A DNA stretch of 55,744 bases from Actinobacteria bacterium UBA7524. GTDB taxonomy: Bacteria; Actinomycetota; Coriobacteriia; Anaerosomatales; UBA912. Position numbers and translations under genes: made by a program. The stretch lies in contig DLMY01000007.1 of assembly GCA_002478275.1 (NCBI GenBank), positions 1-55,744 of the forward strand, given 5' to 3'. Positions 41,728 through 48,455 of the stretch are shown here, piece after piece. The notes below the pieces were generated by a model. That model was not told the DNA's origin. It ran no database searches and saw nothing but the letters and a program-made list of their open reading frames with translations. Numbering within the stretch: the first letter of the stretch is position 1; the number at the start of each line of letters is the position of its first letter.

Positions 41728-43962
41728 ATGCCACAGCAGTATGCAAAGGAGACCCGTATGAGAGCCGGCACCGCCCTGTCATCGCACGCCGATATGGTGC
41801 GTGGCGGAGTTGCGGCTGTCGTGCTCGGGGATTCCGTCGCGTTCGCGGTGTTGCGGGCGACGGCCGGCGAACAGCCCGGCGGCGTCGCGGTCCAGATCCT
41901 GTATCTGTTACCGATGGCGCTGACCGTCGCGCTCGCACTCATGTGCATGAAGGTGTCGCAGGGCCAGGAGAGGCGTTTCTGGGCGATGCTGTCGTTGGCG
42001 GCTTCGGTCATCCTGGTATCCGAGACCGTGTTCAGCGTCACGTTGTTGCAGACCGGAGCTCCCGGCAACTGGCTGCTCGCATCGGTGGTTCTCACTCTCG
42101 GGGCGGCAGGCCTGTTCATCCCGGCGATGATCCTGACCACACGTGTCTATGGTGTTCCCTGGACGTTGAGGACGCGCTATCTGGCCGAAGTCATGCTCTT
42201 CGGGTTGCTGTTGTTCTTGGTGGTTCTATTCACCGTTGTCGCGCCGTGGTATACCTCGCTTGGCCTGCCGCTGATCGAGGCGGTGCTCGCATCGATCTAC
42301 AGCACAGTAGGTCTCCTGATCCTGACGGGTCTGCTGCTCAACACCTCCTCGCTCAGGCTCGACCGCTGGCGGTCATGGGAACGCATCGTGGCTGTGGGTG
42401 TGGGTCTGTACTCGCTTGCGACGGTAGTCTCGCCTGCGTGGCATGGTTCTGCGGCCGGTGTCTTGCCGCAAGTGTGGGCACATCTGGTCGAGATACTGTG
42501 GGTCGTAGGCTTCGCCACCGTGGCCATCGGGGCGGCCCACCGTCTCGTCACGAGCCGGGGGACCTCGGTCACGCGTGCTTTCTATCCCTATTCGGGCGTC
42601 GAACAGGTCTGGGCTACACGCGTGACGATCGCGATCAGTCTCGCTGCCGTTCCCGTTCTGGTCGTCGGGGCGGGGATGGCTCAGTCGGTCACGGCATCCC
42701 ATGTCCTGGTGACTACGGCCACGCTGATGAGCGTGATGCTCAGTGCCCGCTTCGGCGTTCAGAGCATCGAGTACGGGCTGCTCACTTCCGAATCGACGAC
42801 TGACTCGCTGACCGGACTCGGGAACCATCGCAGCCTCTACGACAGCCTTGCAGCAGGTATAGACAGGGCCGGACATATCTCCGATACGCTCGCAGTCGTC
42901 TCCATGGACGTCGACGGCTTCAGGAAGGTCAACGTGGAGCGCGGCAACACCGGCGGCGACGAGTTCCTCAGAATACTCGGGGAACGCCTGGCAGACCTGG
43001 TGGAACCCCCATTCAGGCTGTGCCGTCGCGCGAGCGACGAGTTCGTCGCGATCCTGCCCGGTGCCGCGTTGCCGGAAGCCATCGCCACGGGGGAGCGTCT
43101 GCGCAGCGAGGTCCTGGCTTCGTCGATCGAGTACGGAGTCCCGATGACCGCCTCTGTGGGCGTCGCGGCCTTTCCGCAGCACTCAGTCGATGCTGCTGAC
43201 CTGTTGCGAATGGCCGATACCGCGCAGTTCTGGGCCAAGTGCAGGGGGCGCGACCGGGTCCTTGTCTACGATCCCTCGCTTTCAAGTCCGCTCGAGGGCT
43301 CGAACGGGCTCACGTGCGATGCCACTACCGGTGATCTGGCCACGCTACGTTCCCTGGCGCTCGCCGTGGACGTCCGTGAATCCGCGACTCGCAACCATTC
43401 ACGGAACGTCGCCAGATTGGTCGTTCTCCTCGGCAGGGAGATGGGTCTGGCCGAGGAGCACCTGACGCTGCTGGAACAGGCCGCGATCCTACACGATGTG
43501 GGCAAGATCGGTGTGTCCGACCGCGTGCTGGGCAAGCCGACGTCGTTGACGCCGATTGAGACCGAGCACGTCCGCGAGCATCCTCTGCTTGGCGAGCGGC
43601 TGCTGGCGTCTGCCGGCATGCGTGAGGTGCTGCCGTGGGTCAGGGGTCACCACGAGCGGTGGGACGGGAAAGGCTATCCCGATGGCCTGGCGGGCCAGGA
43701 CATCCCGCTGGAGGCCAGGATCCTTGCGGTGTGCGATGCGTATGACGTGATCACGTCGGACAGGCCGTACCGTGCCAGGCTGTCCCATCAGGCCGCGCTA
43801 CAGGAGATCGACCTGTCGATGGGCTCTCAGTTCGATCCTATGGTCGCCGAGGTGTTCATCCGCATGATGTCTGCGGACCAGCATCACCGCCCGGGGGTGG
43901 GCGACGTGGCCGGGTTCAGAGATGGTTTCGCGGAACCCAGCGGTTCCGTACAGCCTTCCTGA
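41728..43962 (+). CDS. membrane protein with a degenerate GGDEF domain and an HD-GYP phosphodiesterase domain
   Basis: Many N-terminal TMs; TDSLTGLGN, DVDGFRKVN and A-site RASDEF; HDVGK and HHERWDGKGYP. Confidence 0.88.
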   Translation: MPQQYAKETRMRAGTALSSHADMVRGGVAAVVLGDSVAFAVLRATAGEQPGGVAVQILYLLPMALTVALALMCMKVSQGQERRFWAMLSLAASVILVSETVFSVTLLQTGAPGNWLLASVVLTLGAAGLFIPAMILTTRVYGVPWTLRTRYLAEVMLFGLLLFLVVLFTVVAPWYTSLGLPLIEAVLASIYSTVGLLILTGLLLNTSSLRLDRWRSWERIVAVGVGLYSLATVVSPAWHGSAAGVLPQVWAHLVEILWVVGFATVAIGAAHRLVTSRGTSVTRAFYPYSGVEQVWATRVTIAISLAAVPVLVVGAGMAQSVTASHVLVTTATLMSVMLSARFGVQSIEYGLLTSESTTDSLTGLGNHRSLYDSLAAGIDRAGHISDTLAVVSMDVDGFRKVNVERGNTGGDEFLRILGERLADLVEPPFRLCRRASDEFVAILPGAALPEAIATGERLRSEVLASSIEYGVPMTASVGVAAFPQHSVDAADLLRMADTAQFWAKCRGRDRVLVYDPSLSSPLEGSNGLTCDATTGDLATLRSLALAVDVRESATRNHSRNVARLVVLLGREMGLAEEHLTLLEQAAILHDVGKIGVSDRVLGKPTSLTPIETEHVREHPLLGERLLASAGMREVLPWVRGHHERWDGKGYPDGLAGQDIPLEARILAVCDAYDVITSDRPYRARLSHQAALQEIDLSMGSQFDPMVAEVFIRMMSADQHHRPGVGDVAGFRDGFAEPSGSVQPS

Positions 43963-43970
43963 CCCGCGGG

Positions 43971-44855
43971 TCAGGTGAGCGACCGAATGATGTGCTCGAC
44001 GTCGCGCGGGTTCATGGCGCGATGCCATCCAGGAACCTTCGTGGCCTCCAGTCCCTGCTCGTAGGTGGGCTCACCGGTCTTCTCGTAGTAGATGCCGATG
44101 GGCACGCGACATTCCTCGGGCGTACAGGTCAGATCGTGGAATGTCGACAGCGACAGGTCGAACGCGGCGCTGCGGTCTGAGGTGTCCCATGACTCGTCTT
44201 CGAGCTTGTAGACACGCTCGCGGAACCACTGGAACGTGTTGACCTTGTTCCAGGTGACGCAAGGTTGGAAGACGTCGACGAGCGCGAAGCCCTCGTGCGT
44301 GAGCGCGCGTTTGTAGAGCTCGGTCAGGTGCGGGATATCGCCGGCGAAGCCGCGTGCCACGAAGGTGGCGCCCTCGGCGAGAGCGAGGCCTATCGGGTTC
44401 ACCGGCTGCTCCAGTACACCGGAGGGCGTCGAGACCGTCTTCGCGAGGTGTTCGGTCGTGGGCGAGGCCTGGCCGGTGGTCAGACCGTAGATCTGGTTGT
44501 TGTGCGCCAGACACGTCAGGTTGACGTTGCGGCGAAGTGTGTGGACGAAATGCCCCATCCCGAGTCCATAGCCGTCTCCGTCACCCATCTGCACGATGAC
44601 CTTGAGGTCGGGGCGGGTGAGTGCGACCGCCGTGGCCGGCGGCAAGGCACGCCCGTGCAGCGCGTGAAAACCTTGCACGTCGAGGAAGTCTGCGCCGTTG
44701 CCGTGACAACCGATGCCCCAGAACGCCACGAACTCGTGTTTCTCCCAGCCCAGTTGAGATAGCGCGCGCTTGAGCGCCTCCCACATGCCGAAATTGCCGC
44801 AACCGGGGCACCAGGTCGGCTTCTGGGTCGTGACGAACTCCTTGACCGCAGGCAT
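43971..44855 (-). CDS. korB: 2-oxoacid:ferredoxin oxidoreductase beta subunit
   Basis: WCPGCG, GIGC, LHGRALP, GDGDG and NNQIYGLTTGQASPT. Confidence 0.93.
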   Translation of the reverse strand: MPAVKEFVTTQKPTWCPGCGNFGMWEALKRALSQLGWEKHEFVAFWGIGCHGNGADFLDVQGFHALHGRALPPATAVALTRPDLKVIVQMGDGDGYGLGMGHFVHTLRRNVNLTCLAHNNQIYGLTTGQASPTTEHLAKTVSTPSGVLEQPVNPIGLALAEGATFVARGFAGDIPHLTELYKRALTHEGFALVDVFQPCVTWNKVNTFQWFRERVYKLEDESWDTSDRSAAFDLSLSTFHDLTCTPEECRVPIGIYYEKTGEPTYEQGLEATKVPGWHRAMNPRDVEHIIRSLT

Positions 44856-46645
44856 CAGGCAAGCACCTCCTTGACCCACTCGGTGACCTGTTCGGGCGAG
44901 AAAGGTCGGCCGTCGTAGCGATGGAGCGTGTGGTCGACATCGCGTAGACACTGCTCGCGTACGAGACCCTGGAGCTGGCCGGTGTGGTTGCCCTCGATGA
45001 TCGCGGTGGTGCCTGCGGCGTCCAGGAACGTCGAGACCTCCTCGGCGGGGAAGGGCCAAACGGTGACGACCTGCATCACGTTGATGGTGACGCCGTCTTC
45101 GGCGAGCCAATCGAGGGCCTGGAGCACGGGCATCTTGGTGGTGCCGAAGAGCAGTATCGAGAGATCGGCGCTCTCGGGTCCGAAGCGAGCCGGCGGCGGG
45201 ACGAGGGTGCGAGCGAGTTCGAGCTTGCGCATGCGCTTGTCGTTCTGCGCGACGCGGGTGGGGGCGTCCTCACCCGGGGCGCCCCAACCGACCTCGTCGT
45301 GCTCGTAGGAGTTGACTATCTGTTGCGCACCCTTCACTCCGGGCAGCGCCCGGACGCTCAGGCCGTCGTCGGTGATCTTGTAGCGAAGGTAGCGGCCGTC
45401 TTCGGCGAGTGCCTCAGGATGATCGGCGATATCGCCTTCGGCAACCAGCTTTCCACGCTCGACGGTGACAGCCGAGGTGTCGAAGGGGGCAGTCGTGCGA
45501 CGGTTGTCGGAGAGGTAGGAGTCGCCGAGCAGGATGACGGGGGTCTGCAGCTGGTCGGCGAGGTTGAACGCCTGCCAGGTCAGGTGGAAAGCGTCGTCGT
45601 GGTCGCCGGGCGCCAGCACGACTCGCGGGAACTCGCCCTGGGCCGCATGCAGCGCGAAACGCAGGTCCGACTGTTCGGTCCAGGTGGGCAGGCCGGTCGC
45701 GGGGCCGGGGCGCGTGAACAGCCCCACCACACAGGCGCTCTCGCTCACTCCGGCGAAACCGAACGCCTCGACCATGAGCGAGAAGCCGCCGCCGGATGTC
45801 GCGCACATCGACCTGGTGCCGGCAAACGCGCCGCCGACCACCATGTTCATCGCTGCGAGTTCGTCTTCAGTGTGCTTGACGACGACTCCCTCGCGCTCGC
45901 CATGCTTGGCCATGAAGTGCAGAAGACTGGAGGCGGGCGTCATCGGGTACGCGCAGTACAGACCTACACCGGCGGCCAGTGCGCCGATGCCGAACGCTTC
46001 GTTGCCGTCGACCAACATGCGTGCTGGCCGGTCCGAAAGGGGCTGCAGGTTGTGGGGGAACGCGCAGTCGTGCTCACGCGAGAACTCGTAGCCCTTGGTG
46101 GCCGCCGCGATGTTCTGCTCTGCGATCTCGGGGGCCTTGTGTGCGAACTGCTGGCGGATCGAGTCGGCAAGCGGTTCGAGCGGGAAGCCGATGTAACCGA
46201 GTACCGCTCCGAGTGCGGCGACATTACGCATGATCTTCACACCGCCGACCTCGTAGACGATATCGTCGAGCGGCACCGGCACCAGGCAGTGGTGGTCCGC
46301 GTCGACCCCATCTACCTGCGCGGCGTCGAACGCCTTGGGGTCGAAGACGATCGCGCCGCCTTCGGTCAGCTCGTCGAGGTGCAGTCCGACGGTGGGCTCG
46401 TCGAGTGCGACCAGCACGTCGGTATCGAGCACGTGCGAGTAGATGGGTGTGTCGCTCACGCGCAGGTGGTAGGTGTTATGTCCGCCTTTGATGAGCGAGG
46501 GGTACTCGGTCAGGTCGAACGTCTCGAAGCCCGAACGCGCGAACACGCGGGCCAGTGACTGCCCAGCCGCCTTGATGCCGAACCCGGCCGGTCCACCGAT
46601 CCGGATGCGGACCTCGGTCGCTCCTTCGGGCACTTCGCGTCTCAT
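44855..46645 (-). CDS. korA: 2-oxoacid:acceptor oxidoreductase alpha(+gamma) subunit
   Basis: GGPAGFG, YPSLIKGGHN, GNEA, YPMTPAS, EDELAA, TSGGGFSLM and RPGPATGLPT; ATG at 46645 follows GGAGG. Confidence 0.93.
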   Translation of the reverse strand: MRREVPEGATEVRIRIGGPAGFGIKAAGQSLARVFARSGFETFDLTEYPSLIKGGHNTYHLRVSDTPIYSHVLDTDVLVALDEPTVGLHLDELTEGGAIVFDPKAFDAAQVDGVDADHHCLVPVPLDDIVYEVGGVKIMRNVAALGAVLGYIGFPLEPLADSIRQQFAHKAPEIAEQNIAAATKGYEFSREHDCAFPHNLQPLSDRPARMLVDGNEAFGIGALAAGVGLYCAYPMTPASSLLHFMAKHGEREGVVVKHTEDELAAMNMVVGGAFAGTRSMCATSGGGFSLMVEAFGFAGVSESACVVGLFTRPGPATGLPTWTEQSDLRFALHAAQGEFPRVVLAPGDHDDAFHLTWQAFNLADQLQTPVILLGDSYLSDNRRTTAPFDTSAVTVERGKLVAEGDIADHPEALAEDGRYLRYKITDDGLSVRALPGVKGAQQIVNSYEHDEVGWGAPGEDAPTRVAQNDKRMRKLELARTLVPPPARFGPESADLSILLFGTTKMPVLQALDWLAEDGVTINVMQVVTVWPFPAEEVSTFLDAAGTTAIIEGNHTGQLQGLVREQCLRDVDHTLHRYDGRPFSPEQVTEWVKEVLA

Positions 46646-46742
46646 CAAGCGGGCCTCCGGTCGCGTGCGTCGTTTGTTGCACTTGAGTGAGTTTGTTCCC
46701 GTTTGAGGCCCTGTGCTCGCGAAGGCGTGCGATAATCTCCGC

Positions 46743-48017
46743 ATGACTCTCGACAGCACACATCTGGCGTCCAGTCCCGGCCTTGCCGAGGAGACCCTCG
46801 CGGCTCCGTTGCGCGACCCCGACGATGCGCGCAAGACGGTCGTGCTCGGTGTCACGGGCTGCATCGCCGCATACAAGGCGTGCGAGGTGGTGCGCGCTCT
46901 CGTCAAGGACGGCCATCGCGTGGTCGTGGTGATGACCGAGGCGGCCACGCGCTTCGTCGGTCCACTGACGTTTCGCACGCTTACCGGCGAGCCGGTCGTG
47001 ACCTCGCTTTGGGACGACCCCGACGCCGCTCCCGTGCACCACATCTCGCTTGCGGAGGAAGCCGACGTCATCGCCCTCGTCCCGTGCACCGCCAACGTCA
47101 TCGCGAAGGTCGCCGGCGGCACAGCCGACGACATGCTCACCACCACCGTGCTCGCCAGCGAGGCGCCGCTCGTCGTCGCGCCGGCGATGAACACGCACAT
47201 GTGGCGCGATGAGCTCACGCAGGCCAACGTCGAGACGCTGCGCACGCGCGGGGCGATTATCGTGGAGCCGGGGACCGGCGACCTCGCATGCGGCGACGTA
47301 GGCGAGGGACGCCTTGCACCTGCCGAGGAGATCCTCGACGCGATCAGGACCGAGCTCGACCGCTGCGGCGACCTTGCTGGCGTTCGCATGCTGGTGACCG
47401 CCGGTCCGACCTACGAGCCGCTCGATGCGGTGCGTTTCCTCGGCAATCGGAGCAGCGGGCGCACGGGATACGCCATCGCCGAGGAGGCCGCCAGGAGGGG
47501 AGCGAGGGTGACGTTGGTCTCGGGACCCACGGCGTTGCCTGATCCATTCGGTGCGAGTACCGTGCGGGTCGAGACGGCAGCCGAGATGCTGGATGCGGCG
47601 CTTGCCGCATACGACGATATCGATGTGGTGATCGCGACGGCGGCGGTCTCGGATTTCGCTCCCGTGGATGCGAACGCAGGCAAGATCAAGAAGGGTGACG
47701 CTCCGGCGACGATCGAGCTGGCGCCGACAGAGGACATCCTCGCGCGGCTGGCGGCGGACAAGGGCGAGCGGCTGCTGGTGGGTTTTGCGGCCGAGACTTC
47801 GGACGTGAGCGCGTACGCGCGCGAGAAGCTACAGCGCAAGTCACTCGACCTCGTGGTCGCCAACGATGTCTCGCTGCCGGGTCTGGGGTTCGGATCGAAG
47901 CGTAATCGGGTCGTGCTCATCGATGCGCACGGGGAGTGGGAGTTGCCCGAGATGGACAAGCGGATGCTCGCGCGCGAGCTCCTCGATGAGGTCGTCACGC
48001 GACTTGCGAGTCGGTAG
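46743..48017 (+). CDS. coaBC: bifunctional phosphopantothenoylcysteine decarboxylase / phosphopantothenate-cysteine ligase
   Basis: GCIAAYK, PAMNTHMW, LACGDVGEGRL, TAGPT, NRSSG, AAVSDF, VGFAAET and VAND. Confidence 0.96.
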   Translation: MTLDSTHLASSPGLAEETLAAPLRDPDDARKTVVLGVTGCIAAYKACEVVRALVKDGHRVVVVMTEAATRFVGPLTFRTLTGEPVVTSLWDDPDAAPVHHISLAEEADVIALVPCTANVIAKVAGGTADDMLTTTVLASEAPLVVAPAMNTHMWRDELTQANVETLRTRGAIIVEPGTGDLACGDVGEGRLAPAEEILDAIRTELDRCGDLAGVRMLVTAGPTYEPLDAVRFLGNRSSGRTGYAIAEEAARRGARVTLVSGPTALPDPFGASTVRVETAAEMLDAALAAYDDIDVVIATAAVSDFAPVDANAGKIKKGDAPATIELAPTEDILARLAADKGERLLVGFAAETSDVSAYAREKLQRKSLDLVVANDVSLPGLGFGSKRNRVVLIDAHGEWELPEMDKRMLARELLDEVVTRLASR

Positions 48018-48032
48018 GAGAGGGAGATCACC

Positions 48033-48389
48033 ATGGTCCTGTCTGGCACTGCGAAGAAGCTCTCCGTCTACATCGGTGAGGCCGACCGCTATGAAGATAA
48101 GCCGCTCTACGAGGCGCTGATCGAGCAGGCGAGGATCGCCGGGTGCGCAGGGGCGACGGTGTTGCGGGGCGTCGCAGGTTTCGGGGCGACGAGCCGTGAG
48201 CACATCAAGCACGGCATCCGCATGTCGGTCGACCTGCCGCTCATGGTTCATGTGATCGACACGCCTGACCGCATCACCGCACTTGCCGAGGTCTACGGCG
48301 AGATGGTCACAGACGGGCTCATCACCGTCGAAGACGTCAACGTGCTCATGTACCGTGGCGGCGTGACCGGCGGGCCCGAGGAAGAGTAG
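48033..48389 (+). CDS. DUF190 (PII-like) protein
   Basis: YIGEADRY..KPLYEA...AGATVLRGVAGFG...DLP. Confidence 0.88.
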   Translation: MVLSGTAKKLSVYIGEADRYEDKPLYEALIEQARIAGCAGATVLRGVAGFGATSREHIKHGIRMSVDLPLMVHVIDTPDRITALAEVYGEMVTDGLITVEDVNVLMYRGGVTGGPEEE

Positions 48390-48391
48390 CG

Positions 48392-48431
48392 AAACAACGA
48401 CGCCCCGCCTGCGGTTAGACAGACGGGGCGT
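48392..48431 (-). terminator. intrinsic terminator of the cytochrome gene (possibly bidirectional)
   Basis: On the minus strand, ACGCCCCGTCTG-loop-CAGGCGGGGCGT is followed by CGTTGTTT. Confidence 0.7.
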
Positions 48432-48455
48432 GATCGAATCACGTATCGAGGTGCG

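Noticed and set aside
46646..47389. 844-aa korA with a long N-terminal extension
   Set aside because: The extension is antisense to coaBC; the RBS and homology support ATG 46645.
48000..48032. Fluoride riboswitch before DUF190
   Set aside because: The intergenic space is only 15 nt and lacks the consensus.
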